Shown here piece after piece: positions 26,795 through 38,373 of a stretch of DNA of 64,000 nucleotides; the stretch's first letter is position 1, and every line of letters begins with the position of its first letter. The stretch is from Octopus bimaculoides (Eukaryota): contig NC_068989.1 in assembly GCF_001194135.2 (NCBI RefSeq), forward strand, positions 21,758,036 to 21,822,035. Reading direction: 5' to 3'. The position numbers and the translations under genes were made by a program. The notes below the pieces were generated by a model. That model did no database searches and was not told the DNA's origin. It saw only the letters and a list, made by a program, of their open reading frames with translations.

Positions 26795-28109
26795 AGTTAA
26801 CATTCATTTCTAAACACTGACACAAAATCAGAAATTCTAAAGAGCAGATAGGTCAATTAAACTGATTTTAGTACTTGACTATTACTTTATTTTATTTAAG
26901 CTCAGGATGTAAAGACAGCAAGGCATCCAGTTCAATATACTGACAGTTCCAGCAAATCCATTACTCTGAGTTGTTACTTTAGTTTATCAACCCCAAAAGG
27001 ACAAAAGGTAAAATTGACCATAATAAGATTTGAACTAGGAGAGCTAGAAGAAGTGCTGCAAGGCATTCTATTAAACACTAATGACTTTGCCTATTAAGCT
27101 GATAAAGCAACATTAATTTCTAACTTGCACACACATATCTTTAAACTGAAAATAATAAAATGTACATATACATGTGTATATTTAGATATGTATGTATGTA
27201 TTAAAAGTTAGCTGATGATGGAACCACCATATGATAGTGTGGCCTGCAAGAAATAACAGCTAAATCTCTCTTTAAATCTCACCCTATTGTCTTAAGAAAG
27301 GACAAACGCAATGAGTAATGTAGTCCTAGATACATTATGTCTGAAATAAAAAGAAAAAAAAAACATTGGTCATACATGTAATGCTTTTGGGTTGCAGATC
27401 TATCAGATCAAGACTGATCCAAGATTAAAAAATCTTCAACATACAAATAAGCAAGCAAAAACATTCACAAAAATGTTAAAACCAAAAAAAAAAAAAAAAA
27501 AAATTAAAAATCATGTTAATTAGGTAAGAATTGATCAAGCAGTCAATTACAAATACAGAAACCTAAAATTGTCTGTCACAGATTTAGAAATTAAATTGAA
27601 TCACTTAAACATGGACCAATTAAATACAAATTTGAGCTCTGGACAAAATGACTTGCGGTTTTGTTCTGGCTCTTTACAGCCCGAGTTCAAATCCTACCAA
27701 AGTCAACTTTGCCTTTCATTCATTTGAGGTTGATAAAGTAGCAGTTTAGTAGGGGACTGATGGTATCAACTGACTCCTTTATCTCAAAAATAGGTAGCCC
27801 TATTCCTAAATCAGAAACAATAATTATGGTTAAGAGGAAAACTTTATGACCCCAGCAGAACCTCAGAGATCGATACAGTTGCTTGCTCACTTTGAACAGG
27901 CCTAAGTCAATTTTTCTTGTCTTCAGTGTAAAAATGAGCTTTAACCCTTTTGTTACTACATTTCTCTTAAAATACACTGCATTGTTTCAATTAATTAAAA
28001 AAATTATGAAGAATTTAGTAAAATAACTGTCATTATTAAGTTGGTGTTTGGAACATAAATTAACAACAAATTGTGAACGCGGTTTTAATTTAGAATACTC
28101 CAGAACATG

Positions 28110-28493
28110 TGGAGGCGCAATGGCCCAGTGGTTAGGGCAGCGGACTTGCGGTCATAGGATCGCTGTTTCGATTCTCAGACCGGGCGTTGTGAGTGTTTAT
28201 TGAGCAAAAACACCTAAAGCTCCACAAGGCTCCAGCAGGGGATGGTGGCGAAACCTGCTGTACTCTTTCACCACGACTTTCTCTCACTCTTACTTCCTGT
28301 TTCTGTTGTGCCTGTAGTTCAAAGGGTCAGCCTTGTCACACTGTGTCACGCTGAATATCTCCGAGAACTACGTTAAGGGTACACGTGTCTGTGGAGCGTT
28401 CAGCCACTTGCACGTTAATTTCACGAGCCGGCTGTTCCGTTGATCGGATCAACTGGAACCCTCGACGTCATAAGCGACGGAGTGCCAACAACA
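28110..28493 (+). mobile_element. tRNA-derived SINE, family D, full length with 13-bp TSD
   Basis: tRNA-like head GGCGCAATGGCCCAGTGGTTAGGG...GTTTCGATTC and (CAA)n tail; TSD ACTCCAGAACATG at 28097-28109 and 28494-28506; related copies at about 52025-52336 and 52680-52805. Confidence 0.9.
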
Positions 28494-28719
28494 ACTCCAG
28501 AACATGAAGTTTTTATCACAGAACCAGGAGCAATCAGAGACAAGTTGGTATCAAAAGGATTAAACATATGGCATTTTACTCTAACACAAAGCTTATATAA
28601 GAAAAACAAAAAGATGAAATTAAAAAAAAAAGACACTGATAGCAATGACAAAAAGTTTATGTCTTAGAATGAAACAAGTTGTGAGAGAAAAAAAAAAAAA
28701 TTGTTTTTAGGTTACTCAC

Positions 28720-28982
28720 TAATTGACTTGCATCATAGCCCCATGGAAGAAAGAGAACACCAGTGTTATATTTCTCCCAATGAGAACAAAAGAAACTCAT
28801 CATTGTACCTATGAGTATTGCATAGATGTGAAAAACACCAACACTGTAATCACCACGGCCAAACACAGAGTATATGGCAATAGGTAGGAATAGTGTTGCC
28901 CAGCTATCTAAACCATGGTCAAACAGTTCTCCAAGGGGTGTACTGGAATTAGTTCTACGTGCTTGTTTCCCATCAATACCAT
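28720..28982 (-). CDS. SELENOI: EPT1/SELENOI catalytic exon (263 nt, phase 1-0): [88 protein letters not shown]
   Basis: Acceptor ttattattttgcag, donor TTA|gtgagt; complete CDP-alcohol phosphotransferase motif; overlaps track ORF 28657..28866. Confidence 0.97.
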
Positions 28983-29374
28983 CTGCAAAATAATAAAATA
29001 TTAGTTAGAAATGTTGAATTATTAACAGGCAAGTATGTGTTTCTAAAAGACAAACAAGTATTACACATCAAGAATACACATCCTCCCACTCACAGTCTGC
29101 TGCGCCAAAACAAGAGTTTAAGACTGGCAGTTCAAGAGAATTCCAGAATGTTGATGACAAAATTTTTATAGTTGAAGTCATAGAAAATCTAGATAAGAAA
29201 TTTCAGATACAAAACCTGGTATCAAGATGCCCCAAAGACTGAAGTTTTATTAAGTAGGGTGTAGGAAAAAAAACAGAACCCTGCTACCACCAGGGATATG
29301 GTTGTGCTCAATATAGAGGAGGGATAGATAGAAATTCCATAAGGTGTTCTCAGTGTAAACTATGAACATGCAGA

Positions 29375-29525
29375 TCATCATCATCATCATCGTTTAACAT
29401 CCGCTTTCCATGCTAGCATAGGTTGGACGATTTGACTGAGGACTGGTGAAACCAGATGGCTACACCAGGCTCCAATCTGATTTGGCAGAGTTTCTACAGC
29501 TGGATGCCCTTCCTAACGCCAACCA
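29375..29525 (-). mobile_element. SINE family C (truncated)
   Basis: (CAT)n tail through ggatgcccttcctaacgccaacc; another truncated copy at 25704-25828. Confidence 0.85.
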
Positions 29526-29529
29526 TAGT

Positions 29530-29900
29530 GCAGATAAATGCAGCAAGTAATGCTGACAAAGACAGTCAATTTCATATGTAGCAAGTGCACTGGAACAATT
29601 AGCACTAAGAGCATTTGGAGAATATTTTCTCAAATGCCCAGACAGCTCTCTTGAAGCAATCAATACCTTTTGTTACCTAGAAGACCTAATCAACAGCGAG
29701 GGCAGGTATTTTGAAAGTATATTAGCCAGAGTAAGAACTAACTGAAAAAAAGTTCAATGAACTATTATTTCTGCTGGTTTCTTTCTTGAAGTGAAGAGCA
29801 GATTGTATGATATTTGAATAAGAAGAGTAATATTGCATTACGGGCTTGAATGCAGCATACTTGTGAAGATTAGAAAGAAAAGAAGTGAGCATGCTTCATT
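29530..29900 (+). mobile_element. Highly degenerate RTE-clade LINE fragment, similar to 22610-23110
   Basis: Shares cttttgttacctag / agagtaagaactaactgaaaaaagttcaatgaactatt / agtgaagagcagattgtatgat blocks with the 22.6-kb copy. Confidence 0.55.
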
Positions 29901-30563
29901 GGATGTATGTTAGTATGCATGAACACTGGCCCATCATCCATGAAATAAGAGAAAATATTAGCTCAGTCCTCTCAGCTATTTTCTCAATTGGAGAAAATGT
30001 ATACTCAGTCCTCTCAATTACCACCGCCTGAATCACACTAACCCTCCTGCCTTCCAAATCATGTTATGAATAATGTGGGATTGCAGTAGACCTTTTCTCA
30101 TGTACAGCCACGAAGTCACTAAGCATCTGCTACCATCATCATCATTAAACATTCACTTTTCCATGCTTGCAAGGGTTGAACAGAATTTGGTGAGGTGGAT
30201 TTTCTACTGTCAGATGTCTTTCCTGTTGTCAACCCTTACCTGATTCCAAGTAAGGTAATATTTCCCACCATATCAAACCTGTTTACACGGAAGATTGGAA
30301 ATGAAAGTCGCTGTTTGCATGACAATGACGTGTTTACAGCAATCACACAATGTCAAGGCTAAGGGAGTGGCATACAGATACACGTACACATACAATGGCT
30401 TTCTTTCAGTTTCCATCTACCAAATCCACTTACAAAGCTTTGGTTGGCCCAGGGCTATAGCAGAAGACATTTGCCTGTGCCATGCAATAGGACTGAACTC
30501 AGAACCATATCATTGGGAAGCAAACTCGTTACCATACTGCCATACCTGCATCTATACCACACC

Positions 30564-30971
30564 TCTCTTTACTCTTTTATCTGTTTCAGTCATGTGACTG
30601 TGGCCATGCTGGAGCACTGCCTTTAGTCGAGCAAACCGACCCCAGGACTTATTCTTTGTAAGCCTAGTACTTATTCTATCGATTTCTTTGGCCGAACCGC
30701 TAAGTTACGGGGACGTAATCACACCAGCATCGGTTGTCAAGCGATGGTGGGGGGACAAACACAGACACACAAACATATACACACACTTACATATATATAT
30801 ACATATATACGACGGGCTTCTTTCAGTTTCCGTCTACCAAATCCACTCACAAGGCTTTGGTCGGCCCGAAGCTATAGTAGAAGACACTTGCTCAAGGTGC
30901 CACAGTGGGACTGAACCCAGAACCATGTGGTTGGTAAACAAGCTACTTACCACACAGCCACTCCTACGCCT
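30564..30971 (-). mobile_element. SINE family A (full length)
   Basis: Near-identical to 26406-26794. Confidence 0.9.
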
Positions 30972-33240
30972 GTATATTTGACAAATTTAACTTCTACAAC
31001 GGCTATCAAGGGATATCAAGACAAGGAAGCACACACATGAACACACACACACACACACACACAAATTGCAGCAGGTCAAAATTTGGATTGCTAGTTCCAC
31101 TACATCTAAACATCTTGCTTACATAAACATTGAACATATTGACCCTCATACTTACAGCAGTCTGGTAATCAGTGATTCAATAGAGATGACCAAAATAAGG
31201 TACGCTTTAATGTAAAGAGACAAAACTTAACACTGGTAATCATAAACATGGAAACACAAGGCTAGCTTCTATTCAAGGTTCTGTTTATCAAACTCTATCT
31301 TCAAGTGATTAGTTAAACCAAATTCAATTTATCTTGATTGTGTGTAATTTTGAAAATAACCCAGTTGCCTATGACTAGTCTCCACTATACTAGAAGACAC
31401 ATCTGTGCTTACACTAACTGGTTTTGTGTGTTGTTCATTCAATTGAAAAGTGAATGATATTTCCTGGATGAGGGTAAAATAAATGCAGGGAAGTGGCATA
31501 TTAGATGTAATCTGATATGTCGAAGACTAAATCAAGATAAATGTTGTACAATCCAAGGCAACAGATTATAATTTTTCACTGAAATTTTTCCCAGTAATGG
31601 ATAATTCTTACAAAATTAAATGCACTATTTCATTAATCATATCCAGCTTACATACCTTCACGTATCTCAAAAGAGAGACAGACAGACAGGTAGGCAGGCA
31701 GAAGAGAACCAGAATAGAGAAGAAAAAAAAACAATGTAAGGGAGACAACTCTGGATGTAGTGGAACAATGGCCTGAGTTTTTTTTTTTACTGTAATTTGT
31801 ATATGTGTGGAAACCGTGATGAAGCAGGGGAGCTTATCATGTAAGATGGATGATTAAAAGTTGTTGTTCAAGAAGCCTTGTCATTCTTTCTACAGGCACT
31901 ACGGAGCGGAGACTAATTGCTCAGCAGGTACTTATTTTATCAACCCCTAAAAGGATGAAAGGTAAGGTTAAACTCAGTGGAATTTTACCTAAAAAACTGT
32001 AATAATAGAACAACATATACTAACCAAAAACTGATCCTCATTTATTTTGAAGAATGAAAACTGTTTAAACTTCTATAAACCCGACTGCATTACAACCACT
32101 TACATTACATTGTTGTGATGAAAAGCTACTAACTATTTGTATTAACAAGTGTGGGAAATTACAAACTAATTCTATAATACCTATACTAATTATTTTACAA
32201 TAGACTTGTCCTGTTATGATCAGCTTAAACTCTCATTTTACATGTTCATCTCTCCCTAGTCATCTATTCATGTCCCAGCTCTTGCACCTCTCTTTAAAGA
32301 TTAAAAAAAAACTAAGAAAATTTACTGATTTGGTAATTAAAAATAACATGGGGAAATATTTCCCAACAAATCCTTCAGTATGAAAAACATATAGAGAACT
32401 AAGACTAACCTCAGCAACAAATGTACTTCACATTGGTTTCAATAGACTGTTGTGGGGGTAACATATACTCTCCTCCTTCATATGAATCTATAGAAACACT
32501 GGGGTAAGTTCCATTTCAAAGATCCTGCAAACTACCAACCTTGTACATTCACTTCCACCTTCTTCAATCCCATCTACATTTTAATAACTACCAGTACAGT
32601 TTCAGTAAAGTGAAGTTTACTACTTATTTGCTTTCCCATATCACTTACCACTGGTCTCTCAACCTTCAGAATCTCAACAAAATTATAGCTAATATTTTTG
32701 ACATTAGCGAAACGTGTCTGGTCTGAAGCCTTCTCACTAAATTTGTCTATAGTTCCTATCTGTATCTTATCTCTCAGACTGAAATATTTTTTATCATACC
32801 ATCAATTGTATTGAACTGACAAAATACTCAAAACCATTGTCAACTCAGGTGTGTCCCAAAATCTAGTTATGTGTTGAGAGAATGAAGATCTTTAGCCCTC
32901 ATCAAACACTGGGCTTTTACAAAGCTCAAATGAATCCTACATTAGAATACTGATCACATACTGAGAATGGTATTGTTGTAACACAAACATAGCTTTAAAA
33001 TAAAGCTTCCCAGTTCAAATCCAGTCAGGGTCTAAATACATATACATAATTACAACCATTGATGATGATTGGAGACCAAACCAACCATATGGAAGCATAG
33101 ATGTAAATATTTTTCATATCTAAACATAAAACCAAATTTTATAAGCAGTAACACATCCAAGACATTAAACGTTTAGATTAAACAAATTAAAGTGCAATGA
33201 GATTCATTAACCAAAATATAACAAACCATCACTTACTTAC

Positions 33241-33433
33241 CAAGAGTGTGAGCAATAAAATTATTCAAGGCACAAACTAACCACACCCAATTTGGTATTG
33301 GTGGATATTCAGGATTGTCAAGACTGGATGCATAAAATTGTACATCGTAGTAAGTCATTATAACATAACTTACTAGAAGTAGTAGAAAACCAACTAGGGT
33401 GAGTAGATTTGGAGCCAGCCATAATGGAAGAAA
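33241..33433 (-). CDS. SELENOI: EPT1/SELENOI coding exon (193 nt, phase 0-1): FLPLWLAPNLLTLVGFLLLLVSYVIMTYYDVQFYASSLDNPEYPPIPNWVWLVCALNNFIAHTL
   Basis: Acceptor cttttcgtctag, donor G|gtaagt; conserved WLAPN motif and P.WVW segment. Confidence 0.95.
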
Positions 33434-34748
33434 CTAGACGAAAAAGAAAAGAAAGAAATTCAGAAAAGTTGCTTTTTACGGATGAAATATATGAAATATA
33501 AAACAGTTGTATAGTTATAAATGCGTTGGGGAGTTACTCGTTTTAAAATGATGATGATGATGTTGAATAAATATTTATTCATTGTAACTTATTTGCAGTT
33601 TGTATCATCATCATAACCATTGTTTAATGTCCAAGTTCTATGCTGGCATGGGTTGGATGGTTTGACAAGATCTGATGGACTCAAGAAATGTATCATTCAC
33701 CAGTGAGTGTTTGGCGTAGTTTCTGTGGCCTCGATACCCTTAAAAATCAACTGAAGTAACCAAACATTTCTCACGACAGGATTTATATCAAATTTAATTT
33801 TCATCTTTCTGAGGTTTGATGAAGTAAGTCCCATTATTACTTACCAGGAATAAAAGAAATGTCAAAGTGTTCATCTTATTAATCAAAAGAAATACTCAAT
33901 CCTTTAAATGATGAATATTGTATTTATACAATAAAGTTATGAGATTTTTTTGTTTTTTGTTTTTTTCTGAAGCTCCAAGTTAGCCTTGAAGAAATCAACA
34001 GAAGATTAATCATCATTTTACACTACTTTTTCCATAATTGCATCAGTTGAACAAACCTCCACTACAGTAACTCACTGAACCTCCCTGTAACCCAAGAAAG
34101 ATCATATATATATATATATATATAAGGTTCTAAGGACACTTGTAAAAGTAATAGAAATATACTGTGGCATATTCCAAGAAGAATTAAATTGAAATTTTTG
34201 ACATTCTCAAGAAAAAACCAGCAGATTGTGCCTCAATAGAAGCTGAACCACATTTTATCACCCCTGGAAAAACATACAAGATCAACAGTAATTTAAGTAC
34301 CAACTCCTTACTTAAGTAGGGAGTACCATTTTGACAAGGTAATTTTGTAGCTTGTAGTATGAGGCTTGCATTGAAAGTGGGAAGAGGGGAATCACAATTA
34401 AATGAAGTTTTGAAATTACAACAAAAAGTTTGAGATTTCAGCCTTAACAAGAAAGGTTTCCTCTTTAAATCTGCTTTATGTTGGTTGTGTTTCATCAAAC
34501 TATAGTCAGCTAAAGCCATTTTATTTAACATCCCGAGACTAACCTTTCAGAGATGGGATTCCTCAACACTAAAAACAAATGAGACCTCTTTTTAATTTAA
34601 AAATGAGAAAGCCACTTAAATTGATTCATTACAAAAGGCTTGTTGGTGGTAGACAACTCAAATTTGACACAGACATGTAGCTGGAAGTAAGCCATGAAAG
34701 AAAGATCAATAACCAAAGATATAATATACATGCATGAACAGCACTTAC

Positions 34749-34817
34749 CTGTACAATCCAGTTCCAAAATGGATGTGTGATATATTGGCCGATAGGACTA
34801 CTGTCTACTGCACTGTA
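34749..34817 (-). CDS. SELENOI: EPT1/SELENOI coding exon (69 nt, phase 0-0): YSAVDSSPIGQYITHPFWNWIVQ
   Basis: Acceptor tttcttttgtatag, donor CAG|gtaagt; matches the human segment [23 protein letters not shown]. Confidence 0.95.
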
Positions 34818-35257
34818 CTATACAAAAGAAAAATAAAAGAGAAAAAAAGAATATAAGTATATTGAAAAATATCAAGATATGTCAATAATAAAATAATTTG
34901 GTTTCAAACTTAGTTCCTTCCATAAATGCTTGGATCCAAGATTTCTATACAGTAAAACTAAATCCGAGATTTTTTCACTCAAGATATCCCCCATAATAAT
35001 TCCATTATTTATTATAATATATATACAATATACAATGACTGTTACAAACCTTTCCATAGGTAGATGATACTGCTTTTTTTCTCTCAGCAGAACAGAACAA
35101 AAATACTCACATTGTGTCACATTATATATTTTAAGATACTGTTTTAAAACAATTTTGGCTTTATAATCTGAGACAGAGAAGAGTGTAACAAACAAAGAAT
35201 CACAATTTCAACATAGTTGGATCTCATCAGTGTGCAATCAGAACCATACACATTTTC

Positions 35258-35390
35258 TTGCTTACCAACCACATGGTTCCGTGTTCAGTCCCACTGTGTG
35301 GCACCTTGGGCAAGTGTCTTCTACTATAGCCTCAGGCCGACCAAAGCCTTGTGAGTGGATTTGGTAGACAGAAACTGAAAGAAGCCCGTA

Positions 35391-35452
<62 letters not shown>

Positions 35453-35822
35453 TCATCATTTAACGTCCGCTTTCCATGCTAGCATGGGTTGGACGACTCG
35501 ACTGAGGACTGGTGAAACCGGATGGCAACACCAGGCTCCACTCTAAATTTGGCAGAGTTTCTACAGCTGGATGCCCTTCCTAACGCCAACCACTCAGAGA
35601 GTGTATGTATGTGTGTGTATATGTTTGTGTGTCAGTGTTTGTTCCCCCCTCCCAACATCGCTTGACAATAGATGCTGGTGTGTTTACATCCCCGTAACTT
35701 AGTGGTTCGCAAAAGAGACCGATAGAATAAATACTAGGCTTCCAAAGAATAAGTCATGGGATCGATTTGCTCGACTAAAGGCGGTGCTCCAGCATGGCCA
35801 CAGTCAAATGACTGAAACAAGT

Positions 35823-35830
<8 letters not shown>
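35258..35830 (+). mobile_element. SINE family A interrupted by a family C insertion (35449-35602)
   Basis: Family A 5' half runs up to the (TA)n linker, a family C block follows, then the family A 3' half resumes at about 35603. Confidence 0.85.
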
Positions 35831-35853
<23 letters not shown>

Positions 35854-36344
35854 CAAAGAGTATGTCAATCACTATGTTGTTTACATATCAGTATCAATCA
35901 TTAGGTGGTGTAGTGGTAAGACTTAGTATTAGAGTACAAGCAGCACATATTTGGTAATCAGCGTAGAGTAAGACTAAGAATATGCATCCTTACAGAAATT
36001 GAAGTAACTCATGCATTTCAGTGTTACTGAAGCTTCGTCATATAAATCTGCAACTTTAGGGATTTGTCACGGATACTGACTGAGGCTAAAATGGTTAGAT
36101 ATTGAGCATTCAAAGTTCTAACAACACGCAAACGGAATGAGACCCAGTTAGGTTGTCATGCATGCTGACATTACACTTCCAGCAGAGCAAGCTCACCTCA
36201 TTTCTTCCAGCTTCTGCATATACTCCACAGTCAGTGTAAACATAGTCAAGAGAGTTCCCTTAAGTTTTCTCATTTCATCCTTATTCCGGTTACTACCTTG
36301 CTTTCATAATGTCCACCTTAACTGCTAACTCAGTTACCTCACTA

Positions 36345-36577
36345 TTTCTTATTTCTTTACTACCCACAAGGGGCTACACACAGAGGAGACAAACAAGGAC
36401 AGACAAATGGATTAAGTCGATTATATCGACCCCAGTGCATAACTGGTACTTATTTAATCGACCCCGAAAGGATGAAAGGCAAAGTCGACCTCGGCGGAAT
36501 TTGAACTCAGAACGTAGCAGAAGACGAAATACCGCTAAGCATTTCGCCCGGCGTGCTAACGTTTCTGCCAGCTCGCT
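36345..36577 (-). mobile_element. tRNA-derived SINE, family B (young, near-consensus copy)
   Basis: Minus strand GGCAGAAACGTTAGCACGCCGGGCG...GAGTTCAAATTCCGCCGAGGTCGAC (A/B-box-like) then CTTTCATCCTTTCGGGGTCGAT; other copies at about 16.8-17.0, 18.4-18.7, 21.0, 50.1-50.9, 53.7-54.2 and 62.8-63.4 kb. Confidence 0.88.
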
Positions 36578-38373
36578 ATTTCTAGCAAGCTTTTTCAGTT
36601 GTTGAAATATTTCATTTCTTGAGTGCTCTTACTGCTAACTACTCGGGTGCAAATGAAGTCCTCCTGTCAGCCTACTTGAATTTTTGTTTCCTCTACACCT
36701 TTGTGAATCTATATTTTGTACTAGGCATCTAGTGTAGGGCTCCTACATACTCTTTTTCTACATATCAAGTATAACTACTTCCTAGGTGGCAGAAAAGTTC
36801 TGATATCTTATCAAAATTTTCGTCTTTGCTAATTGACCTTTGCACTTCTTAATTCCTGCTTATGCAACAGGAACTTTCTTGCTCTTCAACTGATTTCAAT
36901 TAGGTCAATGGACTACAGAAGTACCTATGAACAACCTGTCTCAAACACCTATCACATCTTAGAAAACTAAAATAAGCAGGCGGTAGTGACAACTAAGTCT
37001 TGATGGACACCTACCTGCACAGTGAACTCATTGCTAACTATTTACCCAGGGAAGAATGTGAATTGTTGGCCGGCAGTTGAAGGAAGAACATGGCAGTCCT
37101 TGCTTAGGACTAATGTTGCTGTAATTTAGCCCCAGCAGACATCGTCTCCAGCTGGCTATACAACACAATCTGTGTCCTTACATTTTCGAACAAGGGAATC
37201 TAGCATCTCCAACTCAGCTCAAAACAATATCTGTGTATCGCGATTTCTGGGTTACTTCCCTTCATCAGCAGAGAATAATTTGTTTTTGATATTAATTTTC
37301 CAAAATAAATTATAAAAATAAATTCCAAAAAGAAAAAAATTAAATCAAGCATCAGCAATAACATACATATTCTTCACTGCAAACCTCAAATCATTACCAG
37401 TAACCAAATGAAATCATGCTTGGTATTGGCTAACAGAAAAAAAAAATAGAAGCAGATAAACTTAAGAATTACTAAAATGTGTGATATTCTGTAAAAATTA
37501 CAGGGTTTGAATAACTTTTCTGTGGTACATAGCTAGTTTTGTATGGGGTCAACATGAACAGCTGAAGTAATTCTGATGCATATTAATGGTAGTTATATTG
37601 AAAATCCCCAGTGAACATAAGGGCAATCACCAAAGGAATTTAGACACAGAAAACCGAGATATTAAACTTAACACAGAGCTCTAGTCTAATTCATTACCTT
37701 ATTTTTTTTTTATTTATAAGTGACTGAACTTTGGAAAGTATAAATTTCTTAATCCAGAGACAAATTCATCTTGAATGTGACTGAATGATACAAAAATAGA
37801 CTAATTGTCACAAGGAATCAAACTATCACTGAAAAAATAGATAGAAAGTTATATAACATTTGAAAAAGAAAAATGTCTGATCTACAGCTTTATAATTTCA
37901 TTGACAATGTTTAAAAGAAAGGCAGGTATAGTAGATTGCCCCTTTTGTCACCATATTTCTTGTTATAATACAGTATCCTTGTTTCAATAAATTTTGAAAA
38001 TAACGAAAAATTACTAATACCCCTGTCCTTATTAATCTGATGTTTGGAACATAAAATATTGATGGAAGGTTTTAATTTATTTCACTTTACAATAAGTTTG
38101 TACCTTACAAACAAGAGCAGTCTAAGGCGAGTTGGTATCCAAAGGGTTAAAACCAGATCAGATCTATAATGAAAGGCGTTCTGACACTCCACTTTCAAAC
38201 AGCTTATATCAGATCACGATATCTAATGTATTTCTCTTTTTAAAAATCAGCGAAAGATTATTTGAGATATCTGACTATTTCTACAAGTCGAGTGACCACT
38301 ACGAGATTCCATCGGTGAAAGGTATTTAGTTTGATGTGAAAGCGGCACAAATGGCTAAGGAATAAAAAAAAAT

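Larger units (their letters stand above)
3757..34817 (-). other. SELENOI: Multi-exon gene span (coding exons found) of ethanolaminephosphotransferase 1 / selenoprotein I orthologue; 5' and 3' terminal coding exons not located
   Basis: Seven exons with canonical GT-AG sites and compatible phases splice into one 1050-nt frame after removing a 59-nt gap artefact. It contains the CDP-alcohol phosphotransferase motif DGxxARx8Gx3Dx3D ([23 protein letters not shown]). [18 protein letters not shown] and HPRLF are EPT1-type rather than CEPT1/CHPT1-type motifs. Confidence 0.95.

Noticed and set aside
28110-28185. tRNA-like sequences (also 17112, 52030, 55810 and SINE A/B heads)
   Set aside because: They continue directly into SINE bodies and lack a complete cloverleaf; these are SINE heads, not tRNA genes.
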